From assembly GCA_964016885.1 (NCBI GenBank), contig OZ024756.1, positions 19,220,001-19,284,000 of the forward strand: DNA of 64,000 nt, in the 5' to 3' direction. Source of the stretch: Eledone cirrhosa. Its lineage: Eukaryota. Positions 42,690-56,434 of the stretch are shown one piece after another (positions within the stretch are counted from its first letter, which is position 1; each line of letters begins with the position of its first letter). The notes under the pieces are model-generated. The model worked only from the letters and a program-made list of their open reading frames with translations, made no database searches and was not told where the DNA came from. Made by a program: the position numbers and the translations under genes.

Positions 42690-42900
42690 AGAAATGAGAT
42701 GATAGGGACTGGTGTCCCTATCATTCCACTGTAAAGTGGTCGTGGGGGTGCCACGGCAAAAAAGCACCCAGCACTCACTGTAAATGAGGTTGGTGTCAGG
42801 AAGGGCATCCAGCTGTAGAAATCAAGCCAGAATCAGTTCCCGTCCCACCCTTGCAAGCAGGGAAAAGCGGACGTAAAATGAAATGATGATGAATGATGAT
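42690..42900 (+). mobile_element. 5'-truncated copy of the same SINE
   Basis: Near-identical inverted match to 41547-41745. Confidence 0.85.
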
Positions 42901-42938
42901 AGAAGCATATTACCTGATAGACATATATATATGTGTGT

Positions 42939-42975
<37 letters not shown>

Positions 42976-43020
42976 GTAAGAATATTTTCGAAACAGCGAG
43001 TTGGTTTGAAATTATTAGAA

Positions 43021-43212
43021 ATGTAAGCTATCGCCGTATTTTGACTAAAGAAATTAAAGAAATTATTTAGCCTGATAGTGGGGTCAAGAACCCTCGGAGA
43101 AATGGAAAACAATGAGTATTGACGTCAATACTCATCTTTTTCCATTTCTCCGGGGGTTCTTGACCCCACTATCAGGCTAAATAATTTCTTTAGTCAAAAT
43201 ACGGCGATAGCT

Positions 43213-43217
<5 letters not shown>
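43021..43217. repeat. ~197-bp palindrome between (TA)n tracts
   Basis: atgtaagctatcgccg...gagtatt-gacgtc-aatactc...cggcgatagcttacat; centre 43121-43126, no spacer. Confidence 0.9.
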
Positions 43218-43265
<48 letters not shown>

Positions 43266-43303
43266 GTATTATAGATGTGTGTGTATATTGAAGCAATGTG
43301 CAC

Positions 43304-43343
<40 letters not shown>

Positions 43344-43454
43344 GCAATGTGTGTGCCAGCCAACAGCAACTTCTTTTTCCGTCTTTTAAAGATCTTCACC
43401 TTATTTTATAGCATCTATGTGCTTGAGCATACTTGATATATATATATATATATT

Positions 43455-43695
43455 GTGAAGGCGCATGGCTTAGTGGTTAAAGCATTGGGCTTGCAATCGA
43501 AAGGTTGTGAGTTCAATTCTCGGACCGGGTGATGTGTTGTTTCCTTGAGCAAGACACTTTATTTCAGCTGTAGAAATGAGTACCGGCCTGCCCGCCCAGC
43601 CAGTGGGATGGCGTTATCTTATGGCTAAAACAGCACGACGTGCTGTGACCAGCAGCGCCAATTGGCGCCCGACAGACTGGTCGATCAAGGTGATA
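43455..43695 (+). mobile_element. tRNA-derived SINE in a (TA)n tract
   Basis: tggcttagtggttaaagc (A box), gagttcaattctc (B box), ccttgagcaagacactttatttca. Confidence 0.85.
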
Positions 43696-45533
43696 TATAT
43701 ATATTGAGGAAAATTACCTCCACAGAAGTGATAGATATAAAGGTGTGTGGCCATGTGTGCACATGTGTGCGCATGTGTCTGTGTGTGGCCAGGTGTGAGC
43801 ATGTGTGGGTATGTTTGTGTGTGTGTGTATTGAGATAAGTTACCTCCATGGATCTGATGCTGAACTATCACTTCAAGTCCTGAGTTCACACCTGTCACAG
43901 GTGATTTTGTTGAGTCTCTGAGAAAGATATACCATATATGCACATGAATATAAGCCAATCCAAATATAATCCAACCGCTACTATTTCATACCTGAGAAAT
44001 GAGCAAAAATCTAACCCTTATTTACATAGAATTTGAAGTTGGTGAAAACCATGAAAATACTGACACTAAATAAAAGCCAACCCTCCTCTCTACCATGGAT
44101 TTTTTTGGTCACATATTCCTCGGCTTATATTTGAGTATATACAGTAATAATATAGGCCTTAGTTTACCAACATGAAAAGTAGGAGTAGTTCATTTTATGG
44201 AATAGGAGACAAATGTTTTAGGGCCATTTTCCCTGCTAAAACAAGGGTTTACCTAGCAAAACTCCATGGCAGACTTCATACTCATTGTGGTGCCCCTTTT
44301 AAGGCAATGTTTTACAGCTGGTTACCCTTTCCTGGTGCCAACACTTTTAGTCACCTCTTATTTTACACAGGAATGAAGGGCATCCATCCATAGAAAACTT
44401 GCCAAACAGGCCAGGAGGACTCTTAAGCTGTGTCAAAGATATGACAACCTCCCTAGTACTGATGTCACGATAAAGTGCACTCAGTAGAGTGCAGGAATCT
44501 ATGTAAATGAGATGTAGGACCCCAGCCTATCTGAGAGGTCAGTAGAGTATGGGAACATTTGTGAGATGCGAGTCCCCTGCTCATTTGGCAGTAGAGTGAA
44601 GGAACATATGTAAGTGTAATGTGCGGCCCCAGCCCATCTGTGAGATCAATAGTGTGTGAGAATGTATGTGAGATGTGGGGCCCCAGCCGATCTGAGGGGT
44701 CAATAAGTGAGATGTGGGGCCCCAGCTCATCTGTAAGGTCAGCAGCTCCACTTAACCATTGACTTGGTCTGTGACAACCCATCCAACCCTTGCAGGGAAG
44801 ATGGACATTAAATGATGATGATGATGATTCTAAACTAGATAAACACAGAAGCTTATCTTACTGAATGTGACCCCTAATAGTGTAACATCCTTGCACAATT
44901 TATTAAGGACTCACTAGCTTCACAAGCCCTTCTTTTATGTGTATATTTTTATCTGTTAATGTGTATGTATATGTTTTATATATATATGTGTGTATGAGTA
45001 TGTTTTTATCTTAATATGTGTATGCATATATTGGTTTTTTGTGCGTGTGCGTGTATGCTTTTATGTGTGAATATGTGCATGTTTATGTAAGTGAATATGT
45101 GTATGAGTATGTTTTCGAGTGCATGTATATGTTTGTGTGTGTGTATATATATATATTTTTATGTGCGTATATGTGTATGTATATGTATGTTTTTATGCAT
45201 GAATATGTTTTATATCAGCAAATAATACCGTTGTTATTTGTTAAAAGATTTCCCTAACAAATTAGCTGGCATTAAGCTCTATAAAGTTATAATACACATA
45301 TGACTAACACAGCCTAATCTTAGCTAAATTAGAAATATTTTGGTGGAGCTGTGTAAATATAATTTCCTCAATCATCACTACTAGCTCTGTGATTTATCTA
45401 TCTATATCTGTCTGCCTGTTTATTTGTTTATCTATATATCTATCTTTATATATACATCTCGGAAGTTGTTTTTCGCTAATTCCAAAGCCGAAATACGATT
45501 CTCGCTAATTTATATTTGTATATATATATATAT

Positions 45534-45577
<44 letters not shown>

Positions 45578-45974
45578 AGCAGGGAAAAGTGGACGTAAAA
45601 TGATGATGATGAACTGATGATGATATATATATATGTTTATCAATCTATCTACCTATATTATCTACCTATTTCACCTTTTAATTCTTTTAATCAGGATTAA
45701 GTAATCGGTGGGTCTTAGTTATTATGTTATGATTCACTAAGTCTGGAAAGATTTCATCACATTCTCATATATATATATATATTTCAGCCCTTAGGCAGTT
45801 GACATTGTAATACTTGACTCATATAACCTAACGAAGAGAGAGAGAGCATGAGAGAGAGAAAGAGAGGAAGGAGTATAACACCTATTTTTACAACTGAGTA
45901 GTCAGTGTAAAGACTAGACTCCAGCAATACAGGCAGACATGAATTTACAGAATTATCAAACCCATGTTAACAGA

Positions 45975-46103
<129 letters not shown>

Positions 46104-46464
46104 GAAAATGGCAAATTATTAAATTTAAAAGAAAGAAATATCAAATTTATAGTTTGATTTAGGGTTTTTTTTTAATGACATTTTAATAACTGAATTTTGT
46201 GAGGTCCCCTAACCAACTTGAGTGTTTAAGTAGTCGCCTGCAAGTAATTTATATAACGGGGTCGTACCGTGATCAAATCAAACGAAGAATTAACAGTATG
46301 TCAAAAACATGGTAAATAATTGTTTCTACATTTGGCACAAGGCCAGCAATTTGAAGGAAAGGGGATAGTCGACTAAATCGACCCCAGTGCGTGCGTTTCT
46401 GGTACTTTATTTTATCGACCCCGTAAGGATGAAAGGCAAAGCTAACCTTGGCGGTGCCGTATCG

Positions 46465-46682
46465 TATATACTCGTGTATAAGACGCATTTGTCGTATACA
46501 GGAAAATATACGTACGACGTGAAAAAAAAAAAAAAAAAAACCAGCATGCGACTTATCTACCTACTGGGCTACAAAACCCACAATTCAAAATTATATATGA
46601 TACGTCGCAAATGATGTATGTATGTATGAATGAATGAATAAAAATGGGGGGGGGGGGGCGACTTATACACAAGTATACAAGG
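46465..46682. mobile_element. Tc1/mariner-pogo type MITE
   Basis: Imperfect TIRs cgtatatactcgtgtataagacgc / gcgacttatacacaagtataca. Confidence 0.6.
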
Positions 46683-46974
46683 AATGTGCCATATTTGGAT
46701 AAATAAAACGCAAAAGCAGAATCTAAACTGAAGACAGAATTCGAGTCACTTCAGCTGTCCTTAGACCAAAAAGACAGCTGTTCCACCCAACTAGAATTAT
46801 TTGGTATTCTTTGAGTGTGAGTGTGTGTAGACATAGTATTGTTAATTCTTTGAAATGTCAATCGGTACACGCATACACATACATAACAAAAACATTCACC
46901 ATTCATAAACAATAAACCAGCTTATCCTGAACACGAGTGTTTGTGTGTGTGTGTGTGTATATATATGTACATAT

Positions 46975-47153
46975 AGGTAAAATTCCGTTATAACAAATAC
47001 CATTATATCAAATTTTTCAGTATAACGAATTTTTTTTTCAATCCCTTGCTACACGCTCGATGTGTTTCGGTCGATCTCGTTATAAAGAATTTTTCGTTAC
47101 AACGAATTTTTTTCATACCCCGTGAACTTTTCGTTGTAACGGAGTTTCACTGT
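46975..47153. mobile_element. Tigger-like MITE remnant
   Basis: aattccgttataac ... cgttgtaacggagtttcactg termini with internal gttataac repeats. Confidence 0.55.
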
Positions 47154-47169
47154 TTATATATATCAGGAT

Positions 47170-47312
47170 TTTACCACTTTTTAACTAGAAACACCATTAT
47201 TCAGCGGAGTACTCGATATTTGGGATAATAGAGTGACTATATGAAAGAGAGTCGGGGCCCGACAGCTGAGCTCTTGCCGTTTCGACAACTAATTCCAGAC
47301 TGATGATAAAAC
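47170..47312 (-). mobile_element. Family A element, copy 3
   Basis: Minus strand gtc-GAAA-cggc-aagagctca-gctg-TC-gggcccc; (TA)n flanks. Confidence 0.6.
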
Positions 47313-47329
47313 TATATATATATATATAT

Positions 47330-47443
47330 ATAAAATATTAAAAAAATAATGAATAAAACAATGAAACAGTTCCTTATATTAAACAAAAAAAGTTCATTAT
47401 TTAACGATCGTTTCTGGGATATATATGTGTTAGAATTGGCATG
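47330..47443 (-). mobile_element. Partial copy of the 11147 element
   Basis: Nearly identical to 11147-11260; same left end at (TA)n and (TA)n on the right. Confidence 0.85.
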
Positions 47444-48448
47444 TATATATATATATATATATATCAGTGCAGGACTTGCCTATAAGCTATAGCTTAGAGT
47501 GGGCTACACACCCTCAGGGTCCTTATTTTTTAAGATCTATTTATATTTTATCATTAGTTTTTATTCTTTAACGTTAAATCATCAAAATATATTTTTTATA
47601 CACACACAGATATAATATATGTATATATATAATTTATTTTTTATCATTTAACATTAATATAAAAAGTGTATAATTATTTTAAAAATATTTACCCTTCTCT
47701 GAAGGGCCTCAGCAGGTGAAAGCCTGCTTATATATATATATACACACACATACATACATAATACACACACACAATGATTATCATCGTTTTTCCATTGTGG
47801 CATAGGTTGGACAGAATGTTTTGAGGCAGTGTTTTACAGCCGGATACCCTTCACAACATCAACCCCTTTTTGTCGCCTCTTACGACGAAGTACCTATTCT
47901 AAAAACCGATATATATATATATATATATATAATGTGTGTGTGTGTGTGTGTGTGTGGTGGGGAGTGCTTCGCTTTAGGTATATAAAATGGCTGACAAAAT
48001 TAAACAATGGAATATGCACGTTTATTACAGCCTGCAAGCAATCTGTGATGAAGGAGCAGATCCGTATCGAAATACATTCACAAATAAATCATTCAAAAAG
48101 AGAAAAAAAATTTAATCACAAATAAATTCTTCAATTTACCAATAAAAAAATATTTTCAAAAGACGAAGATTTATAACGAAAAAACGGGTACCTTCCATTT
48201 TACTGTCTACATTTGGTATACTCAAAACAAAACATGTATGTATAGAGAGATAGATATATACATACATATATGTGTGTGTGTAACACGAGTAAATAAATAT
48301 ATATATGTGTGTGTGTGAACTATATATATATGTGTGTGAACTATATATATATATGTGTGAACTATATGTATATATATATATGTGTGTGTGTGTGTGAACT
48401 ATATGTATATATATATATATATGTGTGTGTGTATGTGTGAACTATATG

Positions 48449-48479
<31 letters not shown>

Positions 48480-48527
48480 ATGTGTGAACTATATATATGT
48501 GTGTATATATATATATATATGTGTGTG

Positions 48528-48576
<49 letters not shown>

Positions 48577-48839
48577 CATACACATATATATCTGTGTATG
48601 AATGTATGTATATGGTTCATCCGTCATTTAAGCACCTGACATCTGAGCAAGGCCAACTTTCGGCACGGAATCGAAACGATAACCTCAAAAATAGACAATC
48701 TGACAATTTTACATGTGAACTAGAGTCCCGTGTCTATAAATATCACAACCACATATGGGAAGGAAGTAGGTTTCGTTGTATCGATGTCTGTATGTGATGG
48801 TGTGTATATGGTAGTGTGAATGTTATTGGCTGTGTGTAA

Positions 48840-48886
<47 letters not shown>

Positions 48887-49147
48887 AGAAATACGAAATA
48901 GTCAATAGCTGCAGCTAATATTGAATAAATAGGAAACTCCATGAGTGTATGATTGCCTTAACTTGGTCTCTATCAAACATCTTAACAACTGCATTATTAC
49001 TATCATCATATGACTCAAGTCGTCATATATACATACATACATACATACATACATACATACATACAGACAGACATTATAAGCTCTGTAACCTACACTGAGC
49101 ACTCTTTTTTCCTGGACCTTTCCGACGGATTTACTTCATTTACACAC

Positions 49148-49211
<64 letters not shown>

Positions 49212-49311
49212 ATATATATATGTGTGTGTGTGTAAATGTGTAAATAAACAATATGTTGATTTAAAACTTCACTGCTCACAAGTGTTTTTTAAGCTTCATA
49301 TCATGTCTCCC

Positions 49312-49379
49312 TATTTTATCTGATGAGAACGCAGATATCATCCCATGATATTTGTTTTTGAAATGCGCATAATAAAATA
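49312..49379 (+). ncRNA. Type I hammerhead ribozyme
   Basis: tattttat, CTGATGA, gaacgcagatatca-tccca-tgatatttgttttt, GAAA, tgcgca, TA, ataaaata: 8-bp stem I, 14-position stem II (one mismatch, several G-U), palindromic stem III. Confidence 0.88.
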
Positions 49380-49541
49380 CTTAGAACTCTTTTAACCATC
49401 TTTTGATCTTATATTATATATATATAAACAAGTGCATAGATGCAAAATTATATCTCCGGTTGCGGTTGATGGCTGAGAGAAAAGAGTACTCAATACCGAA
49501 GTAGAGTTTAAATATTCATTTTATTAAGGCTAAATAGTGAG

Positions 49542-49591
49542 TCTTGTTACTCTGGAGTTTCGCCTGTTTATCACGGGGTCATCAGACAAGA
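49542..49591 (-). ncRNA. Type I hammerhead ribozyme
   Basis: Minus strand: tcttgt, CTGATGA, ccccgtgataaacaggc (imperfect stem II), GAAA, ctc-ca-gag, TA, acaaga. Enclosed by inverted repeat 49533-49561/49590-49618. Confidence 0.8.
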
Positions 49592-49631
49592 AACTCCAGA
49601 GTAACAAGACTCACTATTCATAAAATGATGA

Positions 49632-49669
<38 letters not shown>

Positions 49670-49907
49670 GATAACAATTATAAACTATCCGGGGAGCTAG
49701 GAAGATTAAAGGATTAAGGGGTACATAAACAATAATAATAAATTAACGGATTATATGTATATTCATCAATGACAACTGTAAAGAAGGGAAAAGTGTATAT
49801 ATATGTGTGTGTGTATAGTAAATATGTCTATACTCTACAAATGTATTGAGTACCTTTTTTAACTGTGGTTACCCCACACACACATACGACATAACTCGGG
49901 AATCTAC

Positions 49908-49950
<43 letters not shown>

Positions 49951-49996
49951 TAAAAACAACAGAAGGTCGGTATTATATATATATATATATATATAT

Positions 49997-50177
49997 AATT
50001 GTTTCTAGTTTTTGGCACAAGGCCAGCAATTACCCAGTGTATTACTGGTACTTTATTTTATCGACCCCGTAAGGATGAAAGGCAAAGTTAACCTCGGCGG
50101 GATTTGAACTCAGAATGGCAAGAGCCGTAACTCTATGCGTCAAAGCATGGCGTCCGACCCTCTACCGATACTGCCAA
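49997..50177 (-). mobile_element. Meta-domain-like SINE in (TA)n
   Basis: Consensus match to the 22140 and 23920 copies. Confidence 0.85.
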
Positions 50178-50403
50178 TATATATATATAATACATTCAAG
50201 GTATATTCATTGAACGCTGTTCCTTATAAATGTGTATCCTGCATAGATTACATATATTTATAATTAAAGAAATAGGGGCAGGTAGGCAAGCAGGTGTGTA
50301 AATCAAGGTGGGGGAGCAAGTGTGAATAGCACTCCGTTTGTGAGATGGATGGCGTTAAAAAACGTGAGACAAGAAACATTGTTGCTTGACAGCAAGGATG
50401 GTG

Positions 50404-50453
<50 letters not shown>

Positions 50454-50538
50454 ACACATATATACGTTGTATACATATATATATATGTACACACATGTAC
50501 GTTGTATACATATATATATGTACACACATGTACGTTGT

Positions 50539-50576
<38 letters not shown>

Positions 50577-51117
50577 CCACATATACTTGTTCTATACATA
50601 TATATATATATTGACACACACACAAATATACTTTCACTTTCAAAACAGTGGTACATTAGAAAATAAAGCCCGCTTTTCATTAATGACAGCAGTAAAGAAA
50701 TATAGTAAAAGGCAAAACTGTATGTGTGTTTATATCTATGTAAATATATATATCTATATCTGTGTGTATATATACATATATATATATGTATGTATGTATG
50801 TGTGTGTATGTGTATACAAATATATATGTGTGTGTGTGCGTGCGCGCATGTGTTTATATCTATGTACGTATATATATATATATATATATATCTGTATATG
50901 TATAACACACTTATAAAACACATATATATATGTGTGTGTGTGTGTCTATGTATGTATGAATATATTTATATTAAAAGCCTTACGAACACATTCAGTCTCC
51001 CGAGTAGGAATTTCCTTCCGTAGTGAATATGTTGTGAGGACGTTTCCAGCAATACACCGATCATCTTCTTATTAAAACTATTGATTTCCTTAGATTCTAT
51101 ATAACAGCTCCCCAACC

Positions 51118-51149
<32 letters not shown>

Positions 51150-51387
51150 ATATTAAATAAATGGAAACTATATTTATAAAACCATATTTATTCTATTAAT
51201 ATATTTCAAGGGTACCAAAAACTTTGGTACGCTTTCATCAGATAAAATACAAAGTGTTTTATAAATTTTATCAGTTGAATTAATAAAACACTCTTTGTAT
51301 AAAATTTATCAGTTGAATTTTGTATATATGTATATATATATGAATTTTGTATATATGTATGAATTTTGTATACATATGAATTTTGTA

Positions 51388-51425
<38 letters not shown>

Positions 51426-52374
51426 GGTATTTGTATGTAGGTAGGTAGGTATGTGTATGTATGTATAATATATTTATATATATATGTGTGTGTGTGTGTA
51501 TGTATAATACAATATATATATATATAGTGTCCCCCAAAAATGTATACATACTTCCACGGCATTCTAATCAAAGTGTATATACATTTTGGGAGAGACACCC
51601 TGTGTGTGTGTGTGTGTGTTTATGTATAATACAATGTGTGTGTGTGTATTATATGAGGGAGCAACACATACCGTTGCTACACAACCTTACATCAACAGGC
51701 AATACAATCATATATATATTTGACAGTGATGTATATATATATATATTTATATATACATATATACACATCACTAAGTCAAATTACACTGACAGCTACATGC
51801 CGACATAAATCAGCTATATATATTTTTCACCATATTAACCCTTCACTACCAATATACGTTGATTTTTCCATCAGTCTCATATCTTTCTCTGTCTACCACT
51901 AAACAGTACTTACAAAAGATATCAATTAAAAATTCAGTTAGTATTCTTAGTATTCAATAAAAACAAGAGTGATATAGACATACATTATACATATCTGAGT
52001 GTGTGTGTGTTTATATATATATAGAGAGAGAGATAGATAGATATAGATATATATACACGCACACATATATATATATATATAGATAGATAGATAGATATAT
52101 ATATATACACACACACATATATACATATATATATATATATGTGTGTATACATATATATAGAGAGAGAGACACACATGAAGAGATAGATATAGGTGTATAT
52201 AGATATATATATATCTATATACACACACATAGAGAGAGAGATATAGATGTATGTAGATATATACATACATACATACATACATACATACATACATACATAC
52301 ATACATACATACATAGAGATAGATATAGCTGTATATATATATATACACTTATATGTGTACATACATAGAGAGAT

Positions 52375-52424
<50 letters not shown>

Positions 52425-53005
52425 TTATATGTGTACATACATAGAGAGATGGATATATATATATATACATACATACATTACGCATGTATACTTACGCCGA
52501 CAAAGATATTCGGTTTGACCAATCTTTCGGTCAGTGGTGTACAGTGTCTATTAACTCCACACAAGTACATTGTGCCAGGCAACAACTTAAAGAGATTTAC
52601 GTAAAATCAGCAACATTATGTAGATGTGCCTTCCAACTGCATTTTAAGGTAGCAGTTCCTGCAAATAGAGGAGTTGTAGTGATGCATGCATCGAGGGATG
52701 CTTGGGTGAACGCCACGGTGCGAGAACGAGAGGAGGGGTGATGGCGATAGCGAGAGTGTGTGTTGTGTGTGTGATAGTGAGGGGGGGATAGAGAGAGGTA
52801 GAGTGATAGCGAGAGGGGGTAGAGAGAGATGGGGTGAGATATAGAGAGGAAGGAGAGAAGGTAGCGAGAGATAGGGAGTGGAGGCTGAGAGAGATAGAGA
52901 GAGGATGTGGAAGAGAAAGGAGAGGAGGTTGGGAGAGATGGGGAGAGGAGACGGAGAGATAGGAAAAGGAAGAAGAGGAAGCAGCGGAAGAGAGTGATAG
53001 ACTGA

Positions 53006-53037
<32 letters not shown>

Positions 53038-53421
53038 GAGAGAGAGAGAGGGGGGGTAAAGAGTGATAGGAAGAGAGAGACTAGAGAGATGGAGAGAGGA
53101 GATAACGAAAGATAGGGAGAGGAGGTAGAGAGAGATCGATAAAGAGAGAGCTATAGGGGAAAAAAGAGAAGAGGGTAGTGTGAGAGAGGGAACAGTGAGT
53201 AGGTGAGATCGATGGTGGTTGTGGTGGTTGTGGTAGTAGTGATTATGGTGGTGGCGGTTGTTGTGGTGGTTGTGATGGTTGTAGTGGTAGTGGTGATGGT
53301 GGTAGTGGTAGTGATGGTGGTAGTGATTAGTAATGGTTGTGGTGGTAGTGGAGGTAGTGATGGTGGTGGTGGTGGTGATTGTTGACTAACGGCAGTCAAC
53401 AACCGTACAACAGAGCCAAAC

Positions 53422-53621
53422 NNNNNNNNNNNNNNNNNNNNNNNNNNNNNNNNNNNNNNNNNNNNNNNNNNNNNNNNNNNNNNNNNNNNNNNNNNNNNNN
53501 NNNNNNNNNNNNNNNNNNNNNNNNNNNNNNNNNNNNNNNNNNNNNNNNNNNNNNNNNNNNNNNNNNNNNNNNNNNNNNNNNNNNNNNNNNNNNNNNNNNN
53601 NNNNNNNNNNNNNNNNNNNNN
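53422..53621. other. Assembly gap (200 N)
   Basis: Run of N. Confidence 1.
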
Positions 53622-53624
<3 letters not shown>

Positions 53625-53654
<30 letters not shown>

Positions 53655-53880
53655 CATACATACATACGTACGTACGTACATATATACATACATACATACA
53701 TACATACATACATACATACATACATACATACATACATACGTACGTACGTACATACATACATACGTACATACATACATACATACATACATACATACATACA
53801 TACATACGTACGTACGTACATACATACATACATACATACATACATACATACGTACGTACATACATACATACGTACGTACA

Positions 53881-53914
<34 letters not shown>

Positions 53915-54112
53915 CATACGTACGTACGTATGTACATACATACGTACGTACATACATACATACATACGTACATATATACATACATACATACGTACATACA
54001 TACATACATACATACGTACATACATACATACATACATACATACATACATACGTACATACATACATACATACATACATACATACATACGTACATACATACA
54101 TATACACACACA
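53625..54112. repeat. (TACA)n microsatellite with TACG variants
   Basis: Direct reading. Confidence 0.95.
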
Positions 54113-54319
54113 CTAGAAGCGAGTGATATGGTGCTTCCTACCCCGGTAGAAAAGGAGAGAGAGAGAGACGGTGGGAGAGAGTGATAGTGGGAGAGAGAGA
54201 GGAACGGTGGGAGAGAGAGAAAGAGAGTTGGTAAGAGGAGGGATAGTGGGAGAGAGAGAAATGGTAGGAGAGAGAGAGAGAGACATTAAGAGAGAGATGA
54301 TGGGGGAGAGACAATATGA

Positions 54320-54685
54320 GGGAGAGACGCTGAAAGAGTGAGACGGTGTGAGGGAGAGTCAGTGTGAGGGAGAGACGCTGAGAGAGAGATGGTGGGAGAG
54401 AGGTGTGAGGGAGAGACGCTGAGAGAGAGATGGTGGGAGAGAGACGCTGAGAGAGATGGTGGGAGAGAGACGGTGTGAGGGAGAGATGGTGTGAGGGAGA
54501 GACGCTGAGAGAGATGGTGGGAGAGAGACGCTGAGAGAGATGGTGGGAGAGAGACGGTGTGAGGGAGAGATGGTGTGAGGGAGAGACGCTGAGAGAGATG
54601 GTGGGAGAGAGACGCTGAGAGAGATGGTGGGAGAGAGACGGTGTGAGGGAGAGATGGTGTGAGGGAGAGACGCTGAGAGAGAGAA
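54320..54685. repeat. GA-rich minisatellite with ~72-bp higher-order period
   Basis: gagagacgctgagagagatggtgggagagagacggtgtgagg blocks. Confidence 0.85.
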
Positions 54686-54825
54686 GGGGAGATGGTAAGA
54701 TGTTAACCAAGATATTCATCCATTCAAAGAAAAAATTCAATGCGAACCTAAAACCACCAATCAATCAATTTCTAAAAACGCAATTAACTCTCTCTCTCTC
54801 TCTCTCCTACCATCACTCACACACA

Positions 54826-54867
<42 letters not shown>

Positions 54868-55086
54868 ATCTCTCTCACATATACACACTCCCTCACACAT
54901 AGACTCTCTCTCCCGTTCTCTCATACATACACTGTCTCTGTATTATGAGTGAGTGAGTGAAAGATTTTGTAAAGGTTTACAAAAGCGTCATGGTTTTCTA
55001 TCAACAGCTGATTTGGGAAACATCCGGCAAATTTAGTTGTACATACATTACGTTTCACTTATTCATTTCTATTATAATTCTTACGT

Positions 55087-55555
55087 GGTTAGCTTTGCCT
55101 TTCATCCTTACGGGGTCGATAAAATAAAGTACCAGTAATGTACTGGGGCTCGATTTAATCGACTTTCCCCTACCCTTTAAATTGCTGGCCTTTCTACTAT
55201 AATTCTAGGTTAGCTTTGCCTTTCATCCTTACGGGGTCGTTGAAATACAGTACCAGTAATGTACTGGGGTCGATTTAATCGACTTTCCCCTACCTTTTAA
55301 ATTGCTGGCCTTTCTACTATAATTCTAGGTTAGCTTTGCCTTTCATCCTTACGGGGTCGTTGAAATACAGTACCAGTAATGTACTGGGTCGATTTAATCG
55401 ACTTTCCCCTACCCTTTAAATTGCTGGCCTTTCTACTATAATTCTAGGTTAGCTTTGCCTTTCATCCTTACGGGGTCGGTGAAATACAGTACCAGTAATG
55501 CACTGGGGTCGATTTAACCAACTTTCCTCTTTCCTTTAAATTGCTGACCTTTCTA
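55087..55555 (+). repeat. Four tandem 121-bp copies of a SINE 3' segment
   Basis: ggttagctttgcctttcatccttacggggtcg... at 55087, 55208, ~55328 and ~55447. Confidence 0.9.
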
Positions 55556-56375
55556 TTATAATTTTTATTAATACTATTATATTAAAGGTGGAAAACTGGG
55601 AGAGGGCACTTGCCCTGGTGGTCAGGGTCACTGTGGCCTTTTAATGGGCTTTCTCCACAAATGTCCTTCGGAAGTCTCCCCCCCTATTGGGGAATTTTTC
55701 ATTGTTATTTTTATTACATCCTCTGTTTTTTTTACACGCAGAAATGTCCATTTGTACCGTCCTGTGTTGACCTGTACTGTCCTTAATGTCTTCTTTATGT
55801 AAACCCTTGTGGTTAATAAAGAAAGCATTAATACTATTATATATTATTATTATTTGTAATACACTGGGTAATTGCTGGCCTTGTGCCAAAAGTAGAAACA
55901 ATTATTATTATTTATTGGATTTTAGTGTAAACCCCCACTGTCCCTGTATTTTTGTATTGTCCCCTATATGTGGGCCCTAGTGGCCAATAAAGAAATCATT
56001 ATTCTTATTATTATTATCTTTCCGTTCAAATCCTGCCGAGGTTAACTTTGCCTTTCATCCTTACAAGGTCGATAAAATAAAGTACCAGTAATGCACTGGG
56101 ATAATTTCTGGCCTTGTGCCAAAAGTAGAAACAATTATTATCTTTCCATGGTCTTCCTCTAAGACGGTAAACATGGGCAGAGGTGGTGAAAGCTGAACTC
56201 AGATCACTAAAGTTCACAGAAGAGATGACAAAGGACTGCGACAAATGGAGAGATGATTGGCTGAAGCAGATCCGTTTACAAGCAGGGAAAAGTGGACTAT
56301 GATGATGATAATTGCAAGCGCTATGTTCTAAACCACTAAGCTGTACGCCTTCAAACTATATATAAATATAGAAAT

Positions 56376-56434
56376 GGCTTCTACAGAAGTAGAACCTAGA
56401 ACTGTTTCATTCAAAAGAAATCATCAGGAAAGCC
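56376..56434 (-). ncRNA. Type I hammerhead ribozyme (family B)
   Basis: Minus strand: ggctttc, CTGATGA, tttc-tttt-gaat, GAAA, cag..ctg, TA, gaagcc (stem I has one bulge, stem II one mismatch). An inverted, internally deleted copy follows on + (tttcctgataa..tgtagaagcc). Confidence 0.72.
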
